From the human T2T-CHM13v2.0 reference genome, Homo sapiens, in NCBI RefSeq assembly GCF_009914755.1, contig NC_060927.1: 64,000 nt of DNA; one strand, 5' to 3'. A model generated the notes under the pieces. That model ran no database searches, had not been told where the DNA came from, and worked only from the letters and a program-made list of their open reading frames with translations. Of the stretch, positions 1 through 13,285 are shown piece after piece; within the stretch, counting starts at the first letter, position 1, and each line of letters begins with the position of its first letter. A program made the position numbers and the translations under genes.

Positions 1-59
1 CCACCCTCATCGGCCTCCCAAAGTGCTGGGTTTACAGGCGTGAACCACTGCGCCCAGCC
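1..59 (-). mobile_element. Alu 5' end, cut by window edge
   Basis: ggcctcccaaagtgctggg...ccactgcgcccagcc is the reverse complement of the Alu 5' end. Confidence 0.95.
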
Positions 60-1534
60 GACCCTTCAGTTTTAATTTACTGAGATATTATAATTCATAG
101 TGATTCCAGATTAGTACCCTGTTCTTTTCTTAAACAATTTTTCCTGGCTGTTTTGGGTTTTTTTTTTTTCTCAGAAGAAACTCAGAATGATTTTTCAATA
201 CCGTGCTTTTTTAAAAAGCCCCATTTAGGTTTTGACATAAATTACAGTAAATGGATAAATTAATTTAGGAATACAAACTCATTTTTAAAATTAAAATGCA
301 TCCCAGCAAAACTTCTAGAAGAAATTGAGATGTTAAAGGAAAAACAAAAGAACTGTGCATTTTATCAGAGATTTCAAGAATTTGAAGGCTTGTGTTATTA
401 GTTTAGTCAAGTATGATATGGTTGAGAAAACTTAAGACACAATGGTATTGTTATGATTCTACTATTACAGGTGAGGAAACTGACTCCAAATAAAGCAGCA
501 ACCACCACCACCACAAGAGCAACTAACAGCTGAGGAGCATTCATCATATTGCAGGCCCTGAGTGTTTTACACACGTTGTCTCGTTTTTTCCTTTTATTTG
601 AAGAGAGGAAGACTTGATTCCCTTTACCTTCAGAATTGCTGAAAGTAATTTATGGGACAGCAGATAGGTACCAGCTTTATTGAGGGGTTCTTGCCAGATC
701 AAAACCAATAGCAATTTAGGCCCATTTCAAATTTTAAATCAAACTTTTTTTTTTAAGAGGAAATGCATTCTTTATCTCTGTTGGCTTAAGATTATGTAAA
801 CAGAATTTATGTGCTCAGTGACCCCACTTCATTGATTTGACAGGGGTAATTCCTATGTAAGAATGAGCTATTTCTCTAATGTATTGAGTAAATGCTTCCA
901 TGACAGCATATTTTCTCCATTCCTTTAATTAAATGGGCAATGAATTGAAATGCAAAGGACTTTCTTTGAAATAGATGATCCATCCTCAACTCTCCATGTA
1001 TTTTATTTGAAAAAAAAAAAAAAAAGAAAGAGAGAGACCAACAGTGGAGGAGCAAGCTAAAAGTATCAATCCCAAAACTCCCCTAAAAGTTTGCCTGAGT
1101 GATATTGGAGGAGAGATAGGTGACCCGCAGAGAGAGACCCAGTAAGCACCTTCCCACAGTGTTCATGTCAACACTTTGGGAGGCATTGCAGGGTCACAGA
1201 AAAGCCCCATCTTGAAGCCTCACTGAGCAGTGTTCACATTGCCTGGACCTACAGAGGATGAATGCTCCTTTAACGGGGTTATGTCATTCCTGTTGTCTGA
1301 GCCTGAGACTTGAAGGCTGACGTGGACAGAGGTGAGGGAGAAAGAAGACACCGGGCCACCACATCAGTCTAATGGGCTCTGGCAATCAATGGGGTGGCAG
1401 GGTCATAGCCAGGTCACCCTCACATTCAACTCCCTAGGCAAGTCCCTCCTTGACTCAAAGGTTAGCCCCATGCTTACTTAATTGATGAGAAGCCAGAGAA
1501 GGCAGTGGAAGTACAGGGAATCAGCCAGCCAACC

Positions 1535-1700
1535 TGAGGCCTAGCTACCCTACTTAACTTCTCCAAGCTTCTATTTATTCATCAGTGCAGCAAAAATAAT
1601 AACCTTCCCTCACAGGGCTATTGAAAGATTCAGTGAAAAACAACATTTATGCTAAATGCCTGGCACATAATAAGTACTCAATAAATGGTAGCTATTATTG
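1535..1700 (+). mobile_element. MIR SINE
   Basis: tacttaacttctccaagcttc...tgcctggcacataataagtactcaataaatggtagctattatt matches the MIR core and tail. Confidence 0.85.
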
Positions 1701-3834
1701 TGTTTCTCAAGTAAGATTTGTCTTAATCATTTTCATGAAAAAGTAAATCTCTATTGCTCTTAAGTCTGTTTCTAAAGGAATGATAGGATCTCAGAATTGA
1801 AAGGGCCTTGAGAATTATTTAGTCTTTCTTTTATGCTATGTCCTCAAAACTTTAAGGTAGAACTATAGTTTTCACAGACAACAAGCAAACAGCCCTGATA
1901 CAGGGAGCTCAAGAGAGCCCTCATTTTATGTTGCACAAAAATCACAAGCTTAATCACTTTGTGTTTAAGCTCTATGTCAACTCTAACCAGTTCTAACAAA
2001 ATGTTCAGGTTTAATACCAGTTAACTTTTTGTGAATTTTTTTATCTTTATATTACTGCCTTCAGTATGTAAGCCCCACCACATACAATATTGGAAAAAAA
2101 GGAAGTCCACTTTCAGAAGACACATCTGCCAAAGAAAAAGAGAGAAAGAAAATCTCACACCACACCCAAACAGTGGTTAAATTGTTTATGTAAAGGTACA
2201 TGTGAGCGGAGGCACTGTGGATGCACTCAAGAGCAGCTATATAATTTTGAGGGTACAGTGCAAAATGAAAATGCAGGGCTCCTTGTTCAAAAATTATTAC
2301 AAATTTCAAAACAACAAAAGACCATTACGCCAAACTCAGAGGCTTGTGCAACTGTATAGGCCACACGTCCTTGAAACCAGCCCTGGATGCACATTCACAC
2401 GTAGCCCTGAGCCTCAGGGTGGGCCTGCACATCGAAAGACCGACCGTTCATGCTGCAGACCAGTAGGAAGATGCAGCAAGTGGAACACTTCCTCCTATTG
2501 TCAACTGCTAAGGCACTAACAATAAACTAGAAACATTGCCTTTGGCCAAATTGAAACTGGCTTTAGTTCAGAATTAAATCAAGCTAAGATTAACTGAAGT
2601 TGTCTCATCCTAATTTCTACCTAGACACGAATTCTAATGCTTTCAGTCTCAGAATAAAATGATATACGAATATAGTAAATATCATTCTACCTATTTAGGA
2701 AAACACTATAAAACTGACAAAAAAAAGTCACTAACCTCCGAAGGAATTTTATGACTTTAGCCAAAATGAATAACCAAAATACCTGTAAGATTGAAGCTAA
2801 GGCCTAAGTGATTTAAGGCCCAATTAGTAAAGTGACTACATCAGTTATCAAGATTTTATTATAATTAGTGAGTAGGTGATTAGGTATACAGTATTCCTAA
2901 TAGTCTAATCTAACTTATGGGAGATGTGACTATTAATGTTTGCTTTGAGAAGAGATATGCAAAATTCACATTCAGTGAAATTCCCCAGTCAACATACAGG
3001 AAGATGCTGAAAAATTCAGTAAAAGTGAGCTGAATTTAAATCTTAAATAAAGTTATTCTGAGTCATGAAAACAAGTGATATATACAAATGACAAAAACAT
3101 GCATTATATTAAATCTAAACTGATTCAAGGGCAAATATCTTTACCTGATTTGTTTGAAGAAGTTTTATTTCCAATATGGTTATTCTGAAAATGGAGATGT
3201 TCTACTAAATTAAGGAGAGGTAAATTACATAAGTTCAGTATAATAAAGTAAAGGAATAGGAAATAATACTTTCTATGTAAGTTCAATTTGATGTTTGTAC
3301 AACAAGCCAAGAATAATAATTTATCATGTGTTTAACTCCTAATGCCTTCAGACTAGGAAATGCTGATACCCTTGGCCAAGGCTGCTTCATGAAGTCCTTG
3401 TATAAGGGTACTTAAAACCAATCTCAAAGAGTTTTCTCTCTCCGGCTGCAATTCCTCAAAGTTTAGACTTTAAATGCAGAACCTACCACTTGTTTTATCC
3501 TAAGACCATGGCACCTGGTCTTTTTCTGAAAGTTCTGAGATCTAAACTGAGTCCCTGAATTTTGAGATGAAGTTTTAAACCACGCTTGATTTTGGCAGGT
3601 GACGGGAAGCCCAAGATTAAATCCAAACCTAGAGACACTCCCCAGTTGGACGGACATTATGAGCCCTAAAAAGACACTTGTGCATCTCCTTTAAATACCC
3701 CCTGTCTGGAGCAAACAGCTTGCTTGTGTAGCCAGGGTGTGCCTATCATTCAATGGACAAGACCATGAGGGCAGGGTCTTTGTCTTGTTCAGCTGTGAAA
3801 GAAAATAGTTGAATGAAAGCATTAACAAAGACAA

Positions 3835-4047
3835 AGCATTTGTTGGGTCCCTGCTCTAGGTCAAATCTATTCTATGCACTTTTCAGATACCTGCTTACAT
3901 TTAATGCTTACTACCCTCCTGCAGAATAGATTTGAGATATTTTGGATGATTAAGGGAAGCATGGCTAAGGAATTTGTCCAAGGACACAATTGGTGATCAA
4001 GCTGGGACTGGAGCCAAAGTCTTCTGTCCCCAAGACCATGCTCTTTT
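3835..4047 (-). mobile_element. MIR SINE, preceded by a short L2 3' tail (~3760-3820)
   Basis: ttgtccaaggacaca...gctgggactggagccaaagtcttctg is the antisense MIR core. Confidence 0.7.
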
Positions 4048-4789
4048 GATGATGCCACAGAAGAAAATTCTGAACTGGTTTTGTCTTTCGACGTATTAGA
4101 ACATCTCATCCAACTTCTGAGTTTTTGAAGTGCAATCTCTCCAATAATACTGGTAATATAAAACATATACTATCAATTATGAAATCTGTTGGGATGGGTT
4201 TCCAACCCTTATTTTCCTACCGTATTTAGCAAATAACAGTCAAAGATCAAGGTGAAAAAAAAAAAATGAGACCAAAGTTTTTTGACAGCTTCCTTCTACT
4301 GAGGAGTATAACTAGTTGAATGATCAATAAACAATTAAAATAAGGCAAGCTAAGTGAGATTCCTCCCACTGCCCCACCAAAAAAAGATTGAGGACTTCAA
4401 ATTTGGAAGTCTAATTTTATAGTTTTAATAACAAACTATAAAACCACACGTGTAACACCTGTCCAAAGCCAAGTGTTCAAGAAACACTTATGTGAAAAGA
4501 AGTTACATTCTGATTTTCCAGAAAGGGAAAAATTGTCACCCCTTAAACAGCTATCCAATCATTTAGCCGAAGATAGTCCCAAAACCAATGGCAAGGTGAG
4601 TGCCTACCTATGCCTACATTTTCACACAAGTACACTCAGCCAATAAGAATCAGAGAAAAGATAATTACAATCTTTCTTCACATTCTTCTTGTTTCTTACA
4701 TAATATTTTCCTTTTAAGAGTGATAAATCACTCTCTTCTGATAAATGGGCTGTTAATTTGAGTAGGCTGCATTTCCTTCTCCCTGCTTC

Positions 4790-4791
<2 letters not shown>

Positions 4792-4821
<30 letters not shown>
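4792..4821. repeat. (TG)15 microsatellite
   Basis: direct count. Confidence 0.97.
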
Positions 4822-4825
<4 letters not shown>

Positions 4826-4854
4826 CACATACGTACATAAAGATATATACACAT

Positions 4855-5765
4855 ATTCTTTCTAAATCATTTGAGAGTAAGTTGTATACATAATTGTTCT
4901 TTACTTGTTAAAATTTCAGTGTGTATTTTACACAAACAAGAATGTTATCATACATAACCACAGTAAAATTTTCAAAATTGGAAAATTGAACACTGATACA
5001 ATACTATTGTCGTCATGCCATATTCCAGTTTCACCAATTGTCTGAAAAATGTCTTTTATAGTAATTTTCCCCTTTTGTTCAGGATCCAAACCAGGATCAC
5101 ACATTGCATTTAGTTGTCATGTATCTTTTGTCTCATTTAATCCAAATCGGTTACTCGGCCTTTCTTTGTCTTTCCCTGATCTTTACAGTTTTACAAAATA
5201 ACAGGCCAGTTATGTTGTAGGATACCCCTCAACTTGGATTTGTCTGATGTTTTATAGTAAGTAGATTAAATTCAGGTTATGCATGTTCTTAGCAGGAATG
5301 GCATAAAAATGATACTGTGTCCTTCCCATGAGATCATATCAGGAGGCTCATAATGTTGGTTTATCCCATGAATGGTGATGCTCACTTTGATCATTTGGTG
5401 AAGGTGGCATCTTGCCAGGTGTTTCAGTGTAATATTATCATTTTTCTTTAAGTAATTGATGAATAATTTGGGGAGATATTTTGAAACTATCCTTTGAAAT
5501 TTTGAAACTCTTCCTTATCAAATTTTTACCCACACTTTTAGCATCTATTAATGATCCTTTCCTGGTGCTTACAAAATGGTGGGTTTTTTTTAACTTCATC
5601 AATCTTCATTTTGTCTACATTTATTAGTTTGAGTTCTGCTGTAAGAAAGAGCTTTCTCCTCCCACTCCCTCATTTATTTATTTATTATTAGTATAGACTG
5701 ATGAATTTTTGTTTTGTTCAATGTGTTATTATCCATTCATGTCTTATTTTTTGATGATCAAATCC
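4855..5765 (-). mobile_element. old L1 3' end (L1MC4/L1MC5-like)
   Basis: catttgagagtaagttg...caggatcacacattgcatttagttgtcatgt is characteristic of the antisense L1MC 3' region. Confidence 0.8.
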
Positions 5766-6487
5766 ACAAATACTTTAAATATGATGGTAGAAACAAGGAC
5801 CATTTCTCAAATGTGAAAAAACTTTGACAGCTTTGAATGCAAAATAAATTGCCAAGAAATCAAACAAATTTGTTTTTTATTTCCTGCTTTTCCAAAAGAG
5901 TCAGATGTTAAAAAATAAAGTTTAGTGGAAATGTTAAAAAATAAGAAAATAAAAATTCATCAAAATTGAATATTGATATGAAAGAGGCAAGCCTTGAAAT
6001 TATAGTCAAGTGGCCATTATTGCCTTCATAAAAACTTTCACATCTTTTGCCTTTCGTCTTTCTGGACCTTGTTTCATGGAGGCTTAGGGTGTAAATACAG
6101 ACTTTTTATCAGATCAATCACTTTCCCACAGACCAGGTGCTATATACATTTACTGAATTGCTGTTTGAGATCATGATCACGTAGTTATAATCACTGTTGG
6201 TTAGTTTAATTTAATACAGAAAGACATTTTAGATGATCAGAAGCCTTCCCTTCATGAACAAAAACCATCAAATGTAGTCTTTTTTAAATTATTTCCTTTT
6301 AATGAACACAGTATAGCTTAGGGTTCTATCCCTTACTTCTAGATCAGATATTCTTTATTTTATGAATTTGCAGCCCTCTGATTTCATTTCATTGTTATTG
6401 TATGTTAAGTGCTTGAACTTAACATGGGGATATTGCTATTGTTATTTCTCAAAAGTAGCACCAAAATGCTTACCACTATGAACAAAA

Positions 6488-6715
6488 GAGCTAGCATTTA
6501 CTGAGCACTTACTATTTCCCAGCCACACTGCAAAGCATTTGCATTCATTATTTCACTTAGTTCTTAAAACTGCACAAGGAAATAAATTCAGATGAGGATG
6601 CTGAGGCTGTAAAGGGCTGAGGCACCTGTCCAGTGTCTGACAGCTTATTATATGTTTTGGACAGGTAATTGTGAGAAAGCTCCAGCCAGTCTCTCCAGAG
6701 TCTCGAATGTGCTGT
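6488..6715 (-). mobile_element. MIR SINE
   Basis: agcatttactgagcacttactat...cagatgaggatgctgaggct. Confidence 0.85.
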
Positions 6716-6869
6716 AATGCCCCTGCCAGAGGTGAAGGAGGAGGGGTTCTTCTTCTGATAACAAAACCAGAATCCTTAATCCCAGCCCGCCACATGATGT
6801 TATACCTCTTGAGCCATACTAAAGAAAACTCACTCCCCAGGATGGGAATCTAAGCTGGACTGCCTGAAC

Positions 6870-7710
6870 TGCTCAGGCTCCCAACCTCAATTTTATCTTG
6901 GACTCCTCTTTCTCCCTCTCTTTCCCTTCCTCCTCACCATATCCAATTAGGCGTCAAATCCTAGCAAGTCTGCCTCCAAACTGTCAGATCCATTCTCTCC
7001 TTTCCACTGACTCTCTGCTAGTTACCCCACTTACTATTCACCTCCCTGCTGGGTTGTCTATTTCCTCTTTGGTCCTCCCTTTCAATCTTCATACCTGCAA
7101 CAGCAAAGTTGTCTCAAACAGCCTGGATCATGACATTCACCTGTTCAGAAACACTCAAAGACTTCCCATTGCTTGCAACATGAATTCTTGTCAGTTTGGC
7201 GTTCAGAGATGCCTGCCATTTGGTCCTTACCTGCCTCACCAGTTTACTAATCCCCACTCCAGTCTCTCCACCTTCACTCCACATGCACTGCCATATCTGC
7301 AATTTCCTAAGCCATCCCTCCACATTCCAGCTGTCCCTCTACCTAGAACATCCTTCCTCTTCCACTCTTCCCTCAGTCCCCAATCCTCACTCCTGCTGTT
7401 GGTCTCATTTCTTCCTGTCAAAGACCTACATGTATAGTGAGGGCAAGGCCAGGCTTAAAAGAGTCAAAACCAGGCTATAAATTATCTATTAGGTAAGAAA
7501 TACTTCAAAACTCTTTGTTCAAAAAGGGACTGCCTTAGTCAGGTTTAATCTCTCCTTCCTAGATAAGCCTGTTTCATTCTCTTTATGATTCTGTTGCTGT
7601 ACTTATCAAATTCTGCTGCACGTGAAAGCTAATTGTGCACACCTCCAGCTCTCCCACCAGATTGTGAATGCCTGAGAAGTGAAAGCCATCTTAAACATCT
7701 TTGTTTCCTT
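6870..7710 (+). mobile_element. L2 LINE fragments (6870-7380 and tail ~7620-7710)
   Basis: atcttggactcctctttctccctc...ccatatccaat... and ccagattgtgaatgcctgagaag are typical of the L2 3' region. Confidence 0.75.
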
Positions 7711-8109
7711 ACAGGCAGATGTTGAACCAAATCTCCAGTTATTGGTAGGAAAATTTGTGGTTATAGGGAGATGATTTTTTATTTGTCTGTAATAGGTAAC
7801 AGTTATGAGATAGACAGATATACATCTCAATTACATATATTTGCTGTAAATACATATATACACACAGTTATACATAGTTACATATGTATATATAACTATG
7901 ACTAATAGTAAAAACAAATAAATATTTATCAGTTAAAATAAACTAAAGTTGTTGAGCGTAAATAGCTAATTATAAAATTTTATAAACCACATTTTCATTA
8001 CTTGAGATTTGGCATCCACGCATCATTGTGTAATGAGATAGATATAGAACTTACATGGTTCTCTTCAATTACAAAATGAATAGATTTAAAGTGCAAAATG
8101 AAGTGGATA

Positions 8110-8790
8110 TCTTTTAATATATAAAAAGCTCTTACAAATAGGAAGGAAAGCGCTAATTGCACAAAACAATAAAACAGGCAAACGGCACTAACAGCCACTT
8201 TTCAAAAAATAAATAAAATGGCTAATAAACATTGAAATTGCTTACTAGTAATCAGAAACTGCAAGTTAATATAATGGTGCATCTTTTTTAAATCCATCAA
8301 CTTGGCTAAATTTTTCAAAGCTCATGACCATTCTCTCTGTTGGTAGGCTTCTAAATTGTTATAAACTCTCTGGAATGTATTTTGGTGATATGTATCAAGA
8401 GATTTAAAATATTCTTACTATTTGGCCCAATAACTGCCCTCCTGGAAATCTATCAAGAGAAAATAATCAGAAATGTAGGTAAAGATTTCTGTTAAAGAAT
8501 TATCATCACAGAGTTACTCATAACAATAAAAAATTGGAAAAATCTAAATTATTAAATAATAAGAAATTCTATAACATCTATACAGTGGAATATTTTGCAA
8601 TCATTAAAAATAACATTTTCAAAACCTATTTAATAATGTGCAAAATGACCAAAAGTAACAGGATAAAATAACTACACATTATGATCCTATTTTTGTTAAA
8701 ATGTATTGGTGAGATAACAGGTAATTTTTTTATTTATACACATCTACTTTTCCCAAGTTTTTACACAGACAACATAGTTTTTATTCTTTA
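8110..8790 (+). mobile_element. L1ME-type 3' fragment
   Basis: aaatggctaataaacat...tagtaatcagaaactgcaa...tacagtggaatattttgcaatcattaaaaa. Confidence 0.75.
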
Positions 8791-9707
8791 AAACCCAAAA
8801 TGAAAATAAAAAGCGATACTTAATTGTCTTATTCCCAGTAGGAACCAAAACTCGAAGACCAAACAAGTCCGTTTTTTATTTCCTCAGCGAGTGAAAACGA
8901 CCGACTTCAAGAAACTGCCAGAATGCTGCTGTAAGCTCCCATTTCAAAGAAATGGTGTGGTGTTTGTAATGGATAAATTTGAAGAGACAGCCAGTATTAT
9001 TCTCATCTGTGATATATCATTTCTGCCTCTGATATAATCTTTAAAAAGAAAAAAAATCCACTTCCACTTCCCTTTAAGTCCCTACAACTGTACAGACACC
9101 ACTTGGTAATAAAAACAGCCTTAAAACCATGTGCCTCATTATTTCACAGCTACTAACCATAAATAACAGTCTCATACTTTGGGGATTATAAATTATTCAC
9201 ATGAAAGTAACGCCAAATTATTAAAAGCCATTTGGATGAATCTGTGACCTCCTTTGGCAGCCACTGGTTTGAGTGACAGCCTGCAAGTCAGTGTGGTCAA
9301 AGCTTATATGGACTAGCCAAGACAAGCTCTTCCTCTTACTCACCAAGTTGCTTTGGTTTGAAGCCAGATGAACTACAATTCTGAGAAGAGAAAAAGTATT
9401 TTTCCATTCTGGAGCTCTGTTTGGGGTGATAAGTGTACCTTGGGAAATAGGAATACTCTTAATCCTTAATAGTTAACAAATCACTTTCACATGTATTAAA
9501 CCTAATCACTTGCCATTTTTTTAAGAATTGCTGAGATATCTGGATTTTCTTGGAGATACAAAATAACTTCTGGTATAAATGCAAGAATGAAGAACATTTA
9601 TTTACAATGTAGTATGAGAAAGATCTATTCATTTTGTCATACTTTTGTAGTGAATAACATTTTGCTAAATGATACATATAGCAGAGCATAAAACCAAAAA
9701 CACATAC

Positions 9708-10018
9708 TTTTTTTTTTTTCTTGAGATAGAGTCTCGCTCTGTCCCCCAGGCTGGAGTCCAGTAGTGCAATCTCGGCTCACTGCAACCTCGGTTCACTGCA
9801 ACCTCTGCCTCCTGGATTCAAGTGATTCTCCTGCCTCAGCCTCCCAAGTAGCTGGGACTACAGGCACATGCCACCACGCCCGGCTAATTTTTTGTATTTT
9901 TAGTGGAGATGGGATTTCACTGTGTTAGCCAGGATGGTCTCAATCTCCTGACCTCTTGATCTGCCCACCTTGGCCTCCCAAATGCTGAGATTACAGGCAT
10001 GAGCCACAGCGCCTGGCC
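9708..10018 (-). mobile_element. Alu (AluSc/Y-like) with an internal 16-bp tandem duplication at 9771-9802
   Basis: full Alu dimer with polyT; ctcggctcactgcaac followed by ctcggttcactgcaac. Confidence 0.95.
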
Positions 10019-11329
10019 ATAATCAAAACTTGACTATCACAAGATCACTTCCGTGTAGTAACAGGTGACTGAGCTCAGAATTCTGTAAGTACACCCTACC
10101 TGCATTGCCTTCCCTTTGGAAAGCCATATCTCTGCTCAGCTTGTAGTAAAAGATGCTAATTTGATCACACTGATTCCTTTCAGTGCAAAGACTGAATTGT
10201 TTTTAGACCACTGGTGATTAATGTGGGTATTGATTAGCTGATCAATAAGGCCACAGTGTCTAATTATTGATAATCCCTCTCCAAATGAAAGATCGAGTGT
10301 AAGGAGTCCCAGTTACAGAGTTCAAAATACAAAGTGATTCAGTGTGATGCTTGGTAATTGAAAGTCAAACTAATCCCATAAATTAAATCACAACAATCCA
10401 TAACATTTACCTGATAAATCCTCTGGAAGCTGTATTTAATTTTTACTATCCTGGACTTGTTTCCCCCTCTGAATGTCTTAAAGCACACAACTTGTGGAGG
10501 GAGGTAAAAATCATTCTAAAGCGATTTGTCTTTATGAAGTAAGAGATCTAATGGCACCATCACTGATAGTTACATATTTTAAATAATGGTTTCAACTCCA
10601 TATCACATTATAGGATGAAGAATAAAGAAAACTTACCATGAATGCTCAAGAGAATGAAGACTGTCCCTAATACTTGGACTCACAGAGCTGAAGATTATGA
10701 GATTATGAACTCTCCCTCTTGCTCTCCTATGGTTTAAAAGACTTATGATTGTCATACAGCTAGCCAGAGGGCAAGACAGGCTTGGGGATCTAGGTCTGTT
10801 ACAACTGCTGCCCTTTCTTGTCATATAAAGAGTAGGTAAGCATTATTTTGAACTAGGGTCAAAAACGTACTCATATAGTCAATGGCCATGACATGCAATA
10901 AAAATAAAATTTCTTTTATATTCTTAGACAGATCTCAATTTGCTCCAACACCCCTGCAATTTCCACTGGCAATGTGGGGGCAAGGTGAGGAGACCCTGCC
11001 GATGAAAGATCAATCTCCATTTGAGGTTACCTCAGTCTCTTTTAGATACAGGCTTGATTTGGAAAATCATTTCTTCCTCCTCCCTTGCTCCTCCTCAAGA
11101 TTGCATCCAAGTCTATGAGGGCTTATGTGATCCCATGGGAGTGAGAGAGGAGAGATTTGGATCTGTATGGGCTTTTGCCTGTCTACTGGAATTCACTAAA
11201 ATCTGCCAGGGGGTGGCGGATCTGATTCCTTGGAGCTCTGTACTGGTCACTACTAAGGCACAGCTCCTCCTGCCTAGTATTTTTTCTTCTGTTTTTTCTT
11301 TTGCAATTTTACTTTGACACATTTGATAT

Positions 11330-11665
11330 CTGCAAAATAATCAGCATAATATATATATGAGTTAGAGAGTATAATAATAAACACTCATGAATCCACCACC
11401 AACATAAGAAATAATCAATGCCACTGAAATCTCCTATCAGTCTCTTCCCAGTACCCCCAACCCAGGTGTAACCACTCTTCTTAAGTTTTCTGTTTATCAT
11501 TCCTTTCCCTTATCTCTAAGAATTTACAATATGGACTTATGTGCTCAAAAAGTATAGCTTTTTGTTTTGCTTGTCTTTGAATATCATATCATGGTTCATA
11601 GTGTATGCATGCTTTATGGCTTACTTTCTTTTACTCAAGATTCTAAGATTCATCTATTCTTATCT
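11330..11665 (-). mobile_element. L1ME-type 3' fragment
   Basis: aacactcatgaatccaccacc...gtaaccactcttcttaagttttctgtttatcattcc. Confidence 0.65.
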
Positions 11666-12249
11666 CTGTGAATTCTTAAGCCAAAGTCCAAGTTGGTGAG
11701 AACAGAGTCTCCGAGGAACCCAGACTGCATTTTCATCTTGCCTTTGCTCCTCAAAAACATTCCCCTTCCTCCCACTGTGCTGAGGTTTCTACATCCTCCC
11801 CCTATCTGGTGAGAACATCTCTTTCATCATATTGTCCTCTCTGAACAATTATTTGGAGTAAAACTCTATTATACATACATTAATCAAACCAGGCTGTTTA
11901 TATGTAAATGGAAGCTTTATAAAATTTAGGAAATCTCACTCTTTTCCAAGAAAGCCTAGCTTTTGGACTTCTGTTTCCAGATAAGGCAATGTACCTTGCA
12001 TCAATCCAACCCTCACATAAAAACATCTTAAAAACTTTATATAGTGCTTTGTTTTTGTTGTTAAGCAGGTACTTGAAGCCATCAAAGAGCAACCAAAGCA
12101 TCCCAGACTTCAGGAGCCCAGATCTCAGAGAAAAGCAAAAGATATTGAAAGTGAGCTTGACTTTCTCTACCTTCTCTCCTCATAAAGCATTTGCCAATTT
12201 GTAAGAGGTTCAGATAAGAGGCTTTAAAGAAAGTGGCAGCTCAGCACTC

Positions 12250-13285
12250 GTGTCAATAAATATAGAGGGGTGAATTAAGTATCTATATGTAGAAAAAATT
12301 AATCTTGACCTTCTACCTTGTACAAATACACAGAAATTATCTCCAGGTAGATTTTAGACATGTATGGGAAAAGTAAAACATCAAAGCTTTTAGGGGATGA
12401 CATAGGAGAATGTCCTCATGACCTATAGGTGGGCAAGGATTTCTCAGACAAAATACAAAAGCTTTAAAAATCAATCATAAAGGAAAATATTGATAAATAA
12501 GACCACTTTAAAATTAAGATGCTTTTTAGGAAAAGACACTTTTAAAAGCATAAAAAGGTAAGCCAATAGGAAGAAGGTATATTTCTGACAAAAATTTTAT
12601 TTACAAAGGTATAGAGATCTATAAATCAACAAGAAAACCTGCCAAAACAATTTTAATGAGAAAAATAAACAAACAAAAAAGACAACTTGAATAAGCATGT
12701 TACAAAAGAAGATAAATAAATGGCCAGTAAAATATGAGAAGGTGGTCAACATCATTAGCCACTAGGGAAATGCAGTTTAAAACTACATGGGATCCTACCA
12801 TATACACACAAAATAGCTAAAATAGGACAGACGAGTCACAGTAGGAAGTATTGGCACCTGGAATTTCCACTTACTGTACTGAAAAATAAATTGTAGTACG
12901 GTCATAACATGAAATGCTATACATCTGTGAAATTGAAGAAACTAATCTGCACACAACAGCATGGCTAAATCTCACAAACCTAATTTTGAGAGAAAGAATT
13001 CAGATAAAAATTACCAAATACTGGATGATTCATTTTACATACAGTTCAAATATAGGCAAAACAAATCTATGGTGATAGAAGTTAGACCAGTGGTTACTTC
13101 GCTGGGGTATAATGAGAGGGAGGGAGCAGAGAAACTTCTGGGCCACTGGTAAAACTCTTTATCTTGATGTGGATAGTGGCTACCCAAGTGCATACACTTT
13201 GCAGAAATTCATCAAGCTGGACACTCATGATTTGTGCACTTTTTGTCAGTATGTTCTAGTCAATTGAAAAGTTTACTTTAAAAAA
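12250..13285 (+). mobile_element. old L1 (L1ME-type) ORF2 end and 3' UTR
   Basis: aatcttgaccttctacc...aaatggccagtaaaatatgagaagg...gcaaaacaaatctatggtgatagaagttag. Confidence 0.8.

Noticed and set aside
6898-7437. 179-aa Ser/Pro/Leu-rich ORF
   Set aside because: Chance open frame in a pyrimidine-rich L2 relic with a TTG start
9503-9570. Minus-strand exon-like EVILYLQENPDISAILKKM
   Set aside because: Needs a GC donor or ends in a stop, cannot be chained in frame to the other candidates, and is unrecognised
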